Positions 16,695 through 25,809 of a stretch of 26,643 nucleotides of DNA are shown one piece after another. Position 1 is the stretch's first letter, and each line of letters opens with the position of its first letter. The DNA comes from a virus (taxonomy: Duplodnaviria; Caudoviricetes), in the IMG/VR virus record IMGVR_UViG_3300002092_000163, positions 1-26,643 of that record; one strand, given 5' to 3'. The position numbers were made by a program, and so were the translations under genes. Below the pieces are notes generated by a model. The model ran no database searches. It saw only the letters and a list, made by a program, of their open reading frames with translations, and was not told where the DNA came from.

Positions 16695-17609
16695 ATGGCT
16701 GTTAATCTTTCAGCAATCAAGGATCTGCTCCTTCCCGGTCTTCGCGGCGTAGAGGGCAAGTACGAGATGATCCCATCTCAGTACGACAAGATCTTTACGA
16801 AGCATGACTCGAAAATGGCTCTCGAACGTACCGCAGAAATGCGTTACCTCGGGTATGCCCAGCTTAAAAACGAAGGTGGCCAGACCACTTTTGATAACGG
16901 AGCTGGTGAGCGTTATGTCTACAATCAGGAGCACGTTGAAATTGCTCTTGGCTATGCGATTACCCGTAAGGCAATTGATGACAACCTCTACAAAACCCAG
17001 TTTGCACCTTCTAACCTTGGCCTGATTGAATCTTTCCAGCAGACCAAAGAAATCTACGGCGCAAACGTCCTGAACACTGCAACGACTTACCAGAACCAAG
17101 TCGGCGGTGACGGTGTGGCACTCTGCTCCACTGCCCATCCGATCGACGGCGGTACTGTTGCAAACCGTCCTACCACTGACGTTGACTTGAACGAATCGAC
17201 CCTGCTTAACGGCATGATCGGCATTCGTACTCAGTTCCGCGATCAGGCAGGTTTGAAAGTGTTTGCTCGTGGTCGTAAGTTGGTTGTTCCTGCCCAGTTG
17301 GAGCCAGTTGCAATTCGTCTGACAAAGACTGAACTGCGCCCGGGTACAGCAGATAATGACGTGAATGCGATTCTCACGACCGCAGGTGGTTTGTCAGAAG
17401 GCTACATGACCAACGACTTCTTGACCTCCCAGTATGCTTGGTTCTTGCTGACCAACATTGATGGTCTGTCGTACATGGAGCGCATTCCCTTCGAAACTGA
17501 TATGCAAGTCGACTTTGTGACAGATAACTTGCTGGTCAAAGGGTATGAGCGTTATAGCTTCTCTTACTATAACTGGCGTTCGATCTACGGTTCATTCCCA
17601 ACCTTCTAA
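16695..17609 (+). CDS. Major capsid protein (HK97 fold, Mu gpT-like size)
   Basis: 304 aa; AAGGAG RBS; K.EG..T.FD, ALGYAITRKAIDDNLY, DGVALCSTAHP, KLVVPAQL, DFLTS..AWF and ERYSF...WR.IYGS pattern; position after the scaffold. Confidence 0.85.
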   Translation: MAVNLSAIKDLLLPGLRGVEGKYEMIPSQYDKIFTKHDSKMALERTAEMRYLGYAQLKNEGGQTTFDNGAGERYVYNQEHVEIALGYAITRKAIDDNLYKTQFAPSNLGLIESFQQTKEIYGANVLNTATTYQNQVGGDGVALCSTAHPIDGGTVANRPTTDVDLNESTLLNGMIGIRTQFRDQAGLKVFARGRKLVVPAQLEPVAIRLTKTELRPGTADNDVNAILTTAGGLSEGYMTNDFLTSQYAWFLLTNIDGLSYMERIPFETDMQVDFVTDNLLVKGYERYSFSYYNWRSIYGSFPTF

Positions 17610-17623
17610 GATTGGAGACAGCA

Positions 17624-18889
17624 ATGTCTATTTCAGCTATCTCTGGTCCTCAAGTTGTATTTGGGCAGAGCCCTTACACTCCTCTGGAATACAATCCAGA
17701 ACTTGGCCCATCGGCCTTCTACGCTGGCGCGGGGATTTTAGATCCCCGTGTCCCATACACCTACATTGCCGGGCAAAACTTCGGTGCATTTACGGGCGTT
17801 TGGTCAGGTTTCGATAACATCACAACCCTGAACATTGTCCCTTACACCCTGTCTTCCGCTGCAATTGTTGCTTCGGCAAACCCAACGTCAGCCACTTTGA
17901 CGCTTGTGTCTTCTGCTTCAACATCAACTGGTGTTTCTATTGTTAGCCAGATTGCTCGTGCTGATACTGGTGCAATTGATACAAATAGTGGCGCGGGTTT
18001 TGTGGCACTTGACTCCTATGCTTCGGTCTCTGGCTACATCTCCAATGGCACTTCTGGTACCGCTGGCAACACTCTGATTGTAACCACGGCTGGTAACGGC
18101 CCTCTGGCAATTGGTATGGTGATTAGTGGCACTGGTATTGCTACTGGTACTACCATTACGGGCTTTGGCCCAACAGTAAATGCTTCTAACGGTAACTCTG
18201 GTGTTGGTTTCACTGGTTCTTACACTGTTAGTGGCCAGCCTGTTGCTGCTGGAACAAGCGGTTCGCCAATCACTATCACTGCGTCTCTAAACAACGCTTT
18301 GAGTGCTCCACTTTCTAACGGTATCCCGCAGGGGCAGGCCGGAACGATCAACTTGTGGAACCCACAGGCTTTGCTCGGTCGGTGCCTGACTTATACGGCG
18401 GCTGCCAGTGCTACTTACACCACCATCACATCCACTGGTTACGACATCTATGGATGGCCTATGACTGAAACTGCCACCCTCACGGCTGGTAGCACGGTTA
18501 CTGGTAAAAAAGCGTTCAAGTATATTAAGTCTATCACCCTTTCGGGCGGTACGGCTGATACAACCCACGCTTACTCTGTTGGTACGAGTGCTCTTGTGGG
18601 CTTACCTATTCGCGCTGATTCGTCAGGCGAACTAACGGCTGCTGCTGCGGCTTCGTTGACAGTATTGAACCCCGTGACCAATTTCACTGGTTTTGTTGCT
18701 GCCGACAATACATATCCGACTGCCACGACTGGTGATGTGCGCGGTACAATTAACCTTGCCAATGCGACAGGTGTTAATTTGACCCCCGCTACGGGCACCA
18801 ATCGCTATGTGGTTCGTCAATCGCCCCAGCCTTACAACATCAGCTCTTCTGCTGGTCTGTTTGGTCAAACTCAATATGCCAACTTCTAA
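17624..18889 (+). CDS. T/S/G/A-rich virion protein (capsid fibre/decoration-like)
   Basis: GGAG RBS before ATG 17624; directly follows the MCP; beta-rich modules shared with downstream genes. Confidence 0.65.
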   Translation: MSISAISGPQVVFGQSPYTPLEYNPELGPSAFYAGAGILDPRVPYTYIAGQNFGAFTGVWSGFDNITTLNIVPYTLSSAAIVASANPTSATLTLVSSASTSTGVSIVSQIARADTGAIDTNSGAGFVALDSYASVSGYISNGTSGTAGNTLIVTTAGNGPLAIGMVISGTGIATGTTITGFGPTVNASNGNSGVGFTGSYTVSGQPVAAGTSGSPITITASLNNALSAPLSNGIPQGQAGTINLWNPQALLGRCLTYTAAASATYTTITSTGYDIYGWPMTETATLTAGSTVTGKKAFKYIKSITLSGGTADTTHAYSVGTSALVGLPIRADSSGELTAAAAASLTVLNPVTNFTGFVAADNTYPTATTGDVRGTINLANATGVNLTPATGTNRYVVRQSPQPYNISSSAGLFGQTQYANF

Positions 18890-18900
18890 GGAGTAGACCG

Positions 18901-19359
18901 ATGAAAGGTCATAAGGCACACCACGGGCACGGCCACCACGAGCACCATGCCCATCATGCTCACCACGCTCATCATGCACACCACGCCCATAAACACCACG
19001 GCGCAGAACATCCAGAACATGAATACGAGGAAGGCATGAAAAAGCATCACCGCAAGGCCCGTAAACACGGCGGCGCAATGGACCTTCCACATGAAGGTAA
19101 GTTTGCATCGGATAAAGCACCTAAAGAAGTTTATGAAGGTGCTGGTTCACACGTTGTGAAGGAAGCAGAAGCTAAGAAACGTGGCGGTCGTGCTAAAAAG
19201 CACCTCGGTCATGTTCACGGCGAACATGCTCATATGCGTCACGATCGCCCTGCCCGTAAAAGTGGCGGTCGCACAGGTTCCAACTTTAGCCCTTTGTCAT
19301 CCGCACACAAAGGCACGGAGCCTAAAAAGCACAAGTCCTATGAGTCTGAAGTCCATTAA
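18901..19359 (+). CDS. His/Lys-rich protein with three xxxGG motifs
   Basis: AAGGAG RBS; N-terminal HHA/HHG repeats encoded with mixed CAC/CAT codons; RKHGG, KKRGG and RKSGG; followed by a terminator. Confidence 0.8.
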   Translation: MKGHKAHHGHGHHEHHAHHAHHAHHAHHAHKHHGAEHPEHEYEEGMKKHHRKARKHGGAMDLPHEGKFASDKAPKEVYEGAGSHVVKEAEAKKRGGRAKKHLGHVHGEHAHMRHDRPARKSGGRTGSNFSPLSSAHKGTEPKKHKSYESEVH

Positions 19360-19385
19360 TAGGATTTCACTGGACTAGTTAAGCG

Positions 19386-19417
19386 CGGGGGGTCTGCAAC
19401 GACTCCCCGTTTCTTTT
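19386..19417 (+). terminator. Intrinsic terminator
   Basis: Stem CGGGGGGTC / GACTCCCCG followed by TTTCTTTT. Confidence 0.75.
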
Positions 19418-19428
19418 AGAGGTGTATC

Positions 19429-19677
19429 ATGGCTAAATCCCCGGCTTGGCAAAGATCAGAAGGCAAGTCACCGTCTGGTGGTTTAAACGCTAAAGGACGC
19501 GCTTCAGCAAAGGCCGAAGGGCATAACCTGAAGGCACCTAGCAAAGACCATGAAAACTCACGCCACAAATCGTTTTGTGAGCGTATGACGGGCATGAAGC
19601 GCAAACTTACTGGTGCCGCTGCTGCCGCAGATCCTGACAGTCGCATCAACAAATCACTTCGCAAGTGGGATTGCTAA
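19429..19677 (+). CDS. Small basic protein (82 aa) with SFCxRM and a C-terminal WxC
   Basis: GAGG RBS; GGLNAKGRAS...RHKSFCERM...SRINKSLRKWDC, a pattern I recall from phage structural regions (function unknown). Confidence 0.75.
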   Translation: MAKSPAWQRSEGKSPSGGLNAKGRASAKAEGHNLKAPSKDHENSRHKSFCERMTGMKRKLTGAAAAADPDSRINKSLRKWDC

Positions 19678-19838
19678 TGACGAACAAGCCATTTTGGGAT
19701 ACAAAAGCACCTGAAGATCATGTGACCAAGCATTTGTCACGCAAGAAGGTACAGTTGGCCAAAGCCCACGCACGTGCAGCAGGTCGCCCTTACCCAAATC
19801 TTGTTGATAATGCTGCTGTAGCGAAGAAGGGTAAATGA
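19677..19838 (+). CDS. Small basic protein (53 aa, MTNKPFWDTK...ARAAGRPYPNLVDNAAVAKKGK)
   Basis: Not in the ORF track. The ATG overlaps the previous TAA and the stop is 1 nt before the next ATG, so it fills the gap exactly. Confidence 0.7.
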   Translation: MTNKPFWDTKAPEDHVTKHLSRKKVQLAKAHARAAGRPYPNLVDNAAVAKKGK

Positions 19839-19839
19839 G

Positions 19840-20532
19840 ATGCGTCCTGTAACTGTTACTGTTGGGCCTTTGGCAACAGCAAGCTTGACGGCAATTTGCC
19901 TTTCTCAGACCCCAGCAGCCGGGAATTTGACACTGAATGGTGCTTTGTCCGTTACTACCACAACTGGCCTTACAGTGACTGGTACGGCTATTACATCAAC
20001 CGTGGCCGTCATGGACACGCCTCGTCGCGTTGTGATCACCACTGCCGCCAACGAAAGTGCTAAGACATTTACAATCACTGGCACCGACTATAACGGCAAT
20101 GCTGTCTTTGAGGTGATCACTGGGCCGAACATTAGCACTGCCGTCAGCAATATTGATTTTAAAACCGTTACCAGCATTGCAATTAGTGCAGCTGCTGCTG
20201 GTGCTGTTACTGTTGGCACAAATAACACCGCATCATCTGGGTGGGTTCGGTTTGATGAATATGCGCCATCTATGACTGCAATTCAGTGCACTGTATCTGG
20301 CACGGTAACGTATACTGTCCAGCAGACATTGCAGGATCCTAACAGCCCAACCAACCCGGTTAACCCATATCAGGTTGCGTGGCTCAATTCCTCAGATGCA
20401 CAGGCTATCTCTGCTACTGGCAATATCCAAACTAGCTATCAGTATTCACCAACTTATGCCAAAGTAACAATCACCAATGGCACTGGGTCTGTTACGGCTA
20501 CATTTACACAATTTGGCGTTGCGCCATACTAA
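19840..20532 (+). CDS. Thr-rich beta-structured virion protein
   Basis: 230 aa, T/V/A/S-rich; shares a module with 17624..18889. Confidence 0.7.
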   Translation: MRPVTVTVGPLATASLTAICLSQTPAAGNLTLNGALSVTTTTGLTVTGTAITSTVAVMDTPRRVVITTAANESAKTFTITGTDYNGNAVFEVITGPNISTAVSNIDFKTVTSIAISAAAAGAVTVGTNNTASSGWVRFDEYAPSMTAIQCTVSGTVTYTVQQTLQDPNSPTNPVNPYQVAWLNSSDAQAISATGNIQTSYQYSPTYAKVTITNGTGSVTATFTQFGVAPY

Positions 20533-20544
20533 TAGGGGTTTTCT

Positions 20545-22551
20545 ATGTCTGGATTGAGCCTAAGTTCAAGCACAGCCGATCAAGCAATGCTGATGGAATA
20601 TCCGCAGCGTTTGCGCGATAACCTTGGCAAGCAAAAGGTATCTGAAAGCCAGAACCTATTTGAAGCAGACTTTGAATATTCTCAGCAGCCAATGCGTTGG
20701 GAAGCTTACATTTCCGGTAGTGCCACAATTCAGCAGGTATCGTCGCAGGGCGGCATTCAAATGAGTGTTACCTCGGCTTCCGGTGATGTTGCCATCCGCC
20801 AAACCCGCCCTTACATCCGTTACCAGCCCGGCAAAACTATCTATATGTCAACTGGTCTTGTGTTCGGGGCGGCTGCAACCAATCAGCGGCAGCGTGTTGG
20901 GTTCTTTGATGACGCCAATGGTATATTTTTTGAGCAGGGTGATCCTACAGCGGCTAACCCTACTGGCATGGCTGTTGTTTACCGTTCGGATGTTGGCGGT
21001 ACAATCACCAATACGACCATTACTTACCCTAATTGGACTGATCCCTATAACATCAAGAGCACATTGAACTTCAATCTGATTCAAATGTACTACGTTGAAT
21101 ACGCTTGGTACGGCGCAGGCTTGTTGCGCTGGGGTGTAGTTATCAATGGTGAACCGTATATTCTTCATCAGATTGGTATTGCCAACCTGCCAAGCCAAAC
21201 TAACCCTTGGTCGCGCACGGGTAACTTGCCTGTTCGCTACGAGCTTAGAAATGTAGGGACATCAACCGCAAGTTCCATGTTCCACTACGGCGTTTCGGTG
21301 ATTGCCGAGGGTAAAATTGATACTCAGCGCGGCTTCACCTATGGTTATGGCATGGCCGCTGGCACTCCCGCCCGTCAACCCGGCGCATCTGCTGTCCGCT
21401 ACCCAATTTTGTCTTTCCGTTACCGTGCAATGGGTACATTGGAATATGGCGTTGATACCAACTATTCTGGGGCAAATGGTACGTTGCCTGCGGGTGGTGC
21501 TGCAATTACCAGTGTTGCCAATTTGGCTGCTCAGGTCGGTACATCAAGCATTTCTGGCAACACATTGACCATTGGAACCGTGACATCTGGGACGGTTGCT
21601 ATCGGCCAGCTTGTAACTGGTGCTAACGTAGCGGCTGGTACCGTTATTACGGGCGGTAGCGGCTCTTCTTGGACCGTTAACGTAACCCAAACTGCTGCAT
21701 CTTCTACAATGTATATGACCGGGGGGACCGTAATCACGGCATCTTCCGCCACATGGACTGCTAACCAATGGGTTGGAAAGTACGTTTGGTCTCGCGGTTC
21801 AAGTGCATCAATTAGTGGTATTGTTGTTAGCGGTGCATCTGCCCCTTACACTGCTACAGCAACGACAGCCAACCCGCACTTCTTGACAACAGGCAGGTAC
21901 ATAACTGTTTCAGGTGGTACGACCAACACATCCGTAAACGGCACCTTCCAGATTACGGTTACTGGTCCTACGACTTTTACGTATTCGGTTACAACTTCTG
22001 GCAACCCCAGCGGGACAATCCTTTATACCCAAGGCACTGGTGCTATTGGCCGCGTCCTGTCAAATACAACGACAGCTCTCACGGTTGTTGACAACGTGAT
22101 TGGCAGTGCCGCCCTTCCCTATCCAATGACGGTTTCACCAGCAGCAAGCGGTAACTACATCATTGGTGAAATTGACCGTGGTCAAGTACTCCCCGAAACG
22201 CTAAACATCTACTCTTCTGCAAACTGCACCCTTGAGTTGATTGCATCGACTTATTATTCGCCAATTGCTTTGACGGGAGCTACGTTTAATACCATGTATT
22301 CGCTTGGTTCGTTAAATAGCTTTGTAGAGCGCGATGTTTCAGCAACAGCAGTGTCTGGCGGAGAAGTAGTGTACAATACTCCGCTTCCTGCTGGTGGTTT
22401 GCAAAACTTTGACTTGAGCACTTTTTTTCCGCTTTACACCACAATTCAAGGCAACACCCCTGACCTTTTGACAATTGCGGTTACAACACCATCAGGATTT
22501 GGCACCAACACGGTAGGCGCGTCTGTCATTTCTCAGGAAGCAATGTCCTAA
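20545..22551 (+). CDS. Large virion protein with a beta-sandwich-like N-terminal domain and inserted T/S/G-rich modules
   Basis: 668 aa; RQT..Y.RYQPGK, RVGFFD..NGIFFE, YAWYGAG.LRWG and NLPVRYE, followed by fibre-like modules. Confidence 0.65.
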   Translation: MSGLSLSSSTADQAMLMEYPQRLRDNLGKQKVSESQNLFEADFEYSQQPMRWEAYISGSATIQQVSSQGGIQMSVTSASGDVAIRQTRPYIRYQPGKTIYMSTGLVFGAAATNQRQRVGFFDDANGIFFEQGDPTAANPTGMAVVYRSDVGGTITNTTITYPNWTDPYNIKSTLNFNLIQMYYVEYAWYGAGLLRWGVVINGEPYILHQIGIANLPSQTNPWSRTGNLPVRYELRNVGTSTASSMFHYGVSVIAEGKIDTQRGFTYGYGMAAGTPARQPGASAVRYPILSFRYRAMGTLEYGVDTNYSGANGTLPAGGAAITSVANLAAQVGTSSISGNTLTIGTVTSGTVAIGQLVTGANVAAGTVITGGSGSSWTVNVTQTAASSTMYMTGGTVITASSATWTANQWVGKYVWSRGSSASISGIVVSGASAPYTATATTANPHFLTTGRYITVSGGTTNTSVNGTFQITVTGPTTFTYSVTTSGNPSGTILYTQGTGAIGRVLSNTTTALTVVDNVIGSAALPYPMTVSPAASGNYIIGEIDRGQVLPETLNIYSSANCTLELIASTYYSPIALTGATFNTMYSLGSLNSFVERDVSATAVSGGEVVYNTPLPAGGLQNFDLSTFFPLYTTIQGNTPDLLTIAVTTPSGFGTNTVGASVISQEAMS

Positions 22552-22563
22552 TGGGAGGCGTTT

Positions 22564-23250
22564 ATGACTTCAAGCGGGACAACAGTTTATAATCCATCAC
22601 TTGGTGAGGTTATACTTTACGCTTTTAACATTTGCGATGTGCGCCCTACGTCAATCACGCAAGAGCATATGCAAAGTGCCAGAACTGCTGCCAACCTTTT
22701 GCTAGCAGGGTGGGCAAACCTTGGCGTAAATCTGTGGGAAGTGCAGCTGGTCACACAGACGCTGACGGCTGGCACGGGCACCTACAGCGTGGATCCAAGC
22801 ACAATCATGATCCTTGATGCTTATGTTGAAGACAGCAGCACCGGGCAACCAATCGACCGTTTGATTTTCCCGGTAAGCCGCAGTGAATACGCATCATATG
22901 CCAACAAAACGCAGCAGGGTGCCGCCACCGTTTATTGGTTTGACCGTTTGATTAACCCAACCATCACATTGTGGCCTATTCCAGACGATAGCACGGTGAC
23001 CCTGAAATATTATGTTGTGAAGCAGATACAGGATGCGAACTTTACAGGTGGCCAAACGCTTGATCTTCCGTATCGTTGGCTCGATGCTTTTGCTAACGGC
23101 ATGGCTTATCGCCTTGCACGTATCTGGAACAAACCCATAAGCCCTCAATTGAAGATTGAAGCCGACGAATCATATAAAATTGCGGCTGATCAAGACACAG
23201 AATACGTTTCCTACTATATCTCCCCGATGATTTCTGGCTATTACAGGTAG
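22564..23250 (+). CDS. Putative head-tail adaptor / tail tubular protein A-like
   Basis: GGAGG RBS; LL..WAN.G.NLW, Y....NK...G, ITLWPIPD and P.RWLDA...GMAYRLA pattern; size and position typical of podoviral adaptors. Confidence 0.6.
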   Translation: MTSSGTTVYNPSLGEVILYAFNICDVRPTSITQEHMQSARTAANLLLAGWANLGVNLWEVQLVTQTLTAGTGTYSVDPSTIMILDAYVEDSSTGQPIDRLIFPVSRSEYASYANKTQQGAATVYWFDRLINPTITLWPIPDDSTVTLKYYVVKQIQDANFTGGQTLDLPYRWLDAFANGMAYRLARIWNKPISPQLKIEADESYKIAADQDTEYVSYYISPMISGYYR

Positions 23251-23258
23251 GTTATGGC

Positions 23259-23996
23259 ATGGCCTACGCATCTAAGGCTGGTAGGGCAAGGGTAAGCAGC
23301 AGAAGCCCACAGGCGTTTGGTGTCTGTGATAGATGCTCCATATGGTACAACCACGTTGATTTGCGTTGGCAATATCAGTGGGCGGGTGCAAAGCTCAATA
23401 ACATCCGCATTTTAGTCTGCCAAAATTGCTATGACGAGCCGCAGCAGCAAAAACGCGCTATTGTGTTAACGGCAGATCCGTTGCCAGTGATCAATGCGCG
23501 TGTTGAACCCGTTGTCCGTGATGAAGTTGACTATCGCAGTGTAATTACATCATCAGTGGTTAACTCGAAAACTGGCCTTACGGTCAACACATACTCAACA
23601 CGTGCAACCGAAGATGGGCAAACACGGTCAACTCAACCAATTGGACCACCCGTTGGTCTAGATTCATACGCAATATCGCCTTTAAACAACAAGGTAACGT
23701 ATGGAACAACGCTGTCACTGACATCTATTGTATCCAACGGCACTACGGTTGTAACTGTTACATGTAACACTTTGCCAAGCGGGTTTGCAGTTAACAGTCA
23801 AGTGTCTATTGCTGGTACAAGCAACGGTAAAGCAGATGGGTTTTACAGCGTAACATCGGTTACTGGCTATCAATTTACTTACACAACCAATCAGATTATA
23901 CCTTCAGCAAATCTTTTGCAGTCCACAACGCGCATTAGAACTGTTATAGTGGGCTTGCCTTACGAGATGACCCAGATACCGCAAACGGGAATATGA
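23259..23996 (+). CDS. Protein with an N-terminal CxxC...CxxC (putative Zn) domain fused to a beta-rich module
   Basis: CDRC and CQNCYDEPQ motifs; T/S-rich C-terminal half. Confidence 0.7.
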   Translation: MAYASKAGRARVSSRSPQAFGVCDRCSIWYNHVDLRWQYQWAGAKLNNIRILVCQNCYDEPQQQKRAIVLTADPLPVINARVEPVVRDEVDYRSVITSSVVNSKTGLTVNTYSTRATEDGQTRSTQPIGPPVGLDSYAISPLNNKVTYGTTLSLTSIVSNGTTVVTVTCNTLPSGFAVNSQVSIAGTSNGKADGFYSVTSVTGYQFTYTTNQIIPSANLLQSTTRIRTVIVGLPYEMTQIPQTGI

Positions 23997-23997
23997 T

Positions 23998-25809
23998 ATG
24001 ACCACTGTTACGATCCCGAACCTTACAGCGGCTATTTCATTGAACGGCACTGAGCAGTTAGAGGCTGTTCAAGCGGGGTCTACCGTTCGCGTTACGACTG
24101 CCCAGATTGCAACGTACACGCTGTCTGTTTCTAATAACGTGGTCAACTCAATCAGTTTTGGGACTACCGGGCTTACACCTGCTACAGGCACGGTCGGCAA
24201 CGTAGTTGTTGCTGGCACATTGAACGTAGCCAATGGTGGTACAGGTGTTACAACCAAAACAGGCACCGGATCTGTTGTTCTCAATACGTCTCCCACGCTT
24301 ATTACGCCTGCTTTGGGAACGCCATCATCGGGGGTAATGACCAATGTCACTGGGTTACCTTTAACAACAGGCGTATCGGGTGTATTAGGGTCTGTAAATG
24401 GCGGCACAGGATTTTCAACATACGCCACTGGCGACTTTGTATATGCAAGCGCAACAAACACGCTCTCGAAGCTTGCAATTGGCTCTAGCGGCACTGTTTT
24501 GTCATCTGACGGCACTACTTTATCGTGGCAAGCAGCGGGTACGGGCACTGTTACAAGCGTTGGCCTAGGATTTTCAACGGGTGCGTCCAATATTTTGTCT
24601 AATAGCGGGACAACATCCCCTATTACATCGTCTGGCACCTACACTCTAGCTGTGACAGGAACATCAGGTGGCATCCCTTACTTTAGCTCTAGCAGTGCTT
24701 GGACTTCTTCTGCTGTTCTGGCTGCTAACGCGATAGTCGTGGGCGGCGGTGCAGGTGTCGCACCATCGACAGTTACGACTAATTCAACCGTCCTGACGGC
24801 CATAGGAAGCGCACCAACAGGCACTGGTAGCATTGTATTGTCTACCGCGCCTACGTTTGCAACATCCATTACAAGTCCAGCGGTGTATGGCGGCACAGGC
24901 ACCGCATCAACATTGACGCTTCAATCGACAACTGGTGTTGGCGCAACTGATTCGGTCGTGATTAAAGTTGGCAATAACGGTGGCACAATAGCTCTGACGG
25001 CTGCATCAAGCGGCACCGTGACGATCGGCACTTTAAACCTTACAAACGCCCTTGGTGCGGCTTACGGCGGCACCGGGCTTACATCTTTTGCTGCGGCCAA
25101 CAATGCTATCTACAGTACATCCTCGTCGGCTTTAACGGCTGGTACGCTGCCTGTGGCTGCTGGCGGCACTAACCTTACATCATATGCCATTGGCGACATT
25201 CTCTATGCGTCAGCCAGCACAACCATTTCCAAGCTTGCAGCGGTAGCCAATGGACAGGTTTTAGCTTCTGCTGGTACAGGAACCGCCCCGGCATATACTT
25301 CGACGCCCTCGGTCACCTCTGTAACATCTGCATCGCTTTACGGAGGAACCGCAGCATCATCAACGCTGACGCTGCAATCAACAACTGCTTCTAGCGGCAC
25401 GTTCACTGATAGCATTGTGCTTAAAGTCAACAATGCAGGGTCCGTGACCGCTATGACCGCTGTCGCGTCCGGCATTGTGTACTTTGGAACGACAACTACC
25501 CCCACAACAGGTGCTATTGCCCTGCCAACGGGGACAACTGGTCAACAGCCCGGTACTGCATTGACAGGCATGTTGCGGTTCAATACCACAAAAACGTCAT
25601 TTGAAGGCTATAACGGTACTTCATGGACTTCTGTCGGCGGTGGCGCAACAGGCGGTGGAACAGATCAAATTTTCTACCTAAATGGGCAGACAGTCACCAC
25701 AAATTATGATATACCGTCAGGCCAGAACGCTGGGACATTTGGTCCTGTTACAATCAATAGCGGGGCGGTTGTCACCGTTCCATCTGGTTCAACTTGGAGC
25801 ATTGTCTGA
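23998..25809 (+). CDS. Tail fibre-like protein
   Basis: 603 aa, extremely T/G/S/A-rich; repeated (N/Y/A)GGT(G) units, internal duplications, and a PTGTT.Q.P...GMLRFNT...FEGYNG..W segment. Confidence 0.75.
   Translation: MTTVTIPNLTAAISLNGTEQLEAVQAGSTVRVTTAQIATYTLSVSNNVVNSISFGTTGLTPATGTVGNVVVAGTLNVANGGTGVTTKTGTGSVVLNTSPTLITPALGTPSSGVMTNVTGLPLTTGVSGVLGSVNGGTGFSTYATGDFVYASATNTLSKLAIGSSGTVLSSDGTTLSWQAAGTGTVTSVGLGFSTGASNILSNSGTTSPITSSGTYTLAVTGTSGGIPYFSSSSAWTSSAVLAANAIVVGGGAGVAPSTVTTNSTVLTAIGSAPTGTGSIVLSTAPTFATSITSPAVYGGTGTASTLTLQSTTGVGATDSVVIKVGNNGGTIALTAASSGTVTIGTLNLTNALGAAYGGTGLTSFAAANNAIYSTSSSALTAGTLPVAAGGTNLTSYAIGDILYASASTTISKLAAVANGQVLASAGTGTAPAYTSTPSVTSVTSASLYGGTAASSTLTLQSTTASSGTFTDSIVLKVNNAGSVTAMTAVASGIVYFGTTTTPTTGAIALPTGTTGQQPGTALTGMLRFNTTKTSFEGYNGTSWTSVGGGATGGGTDQIFYLNGQTVTTNYDIPSGQNAGTFGPVTINSGAVVTVPSGSTWSIV

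Noticed and set aside
18632-19120. Minus-strand hydrophobic ORFs opposite the His-rich gene
   Set aside because: They are antisense shadows of CAC/CAT codons; the plus-strand gene has the RBS and terminator.
23998-25809. GG motifs (NGGTG, YGGT) in the tail fibre as part of the cargo-tag system
   Set aside because: Different context (GGT turns in a Gly/Thr-rich fibre repeat), explained by fibre structure.
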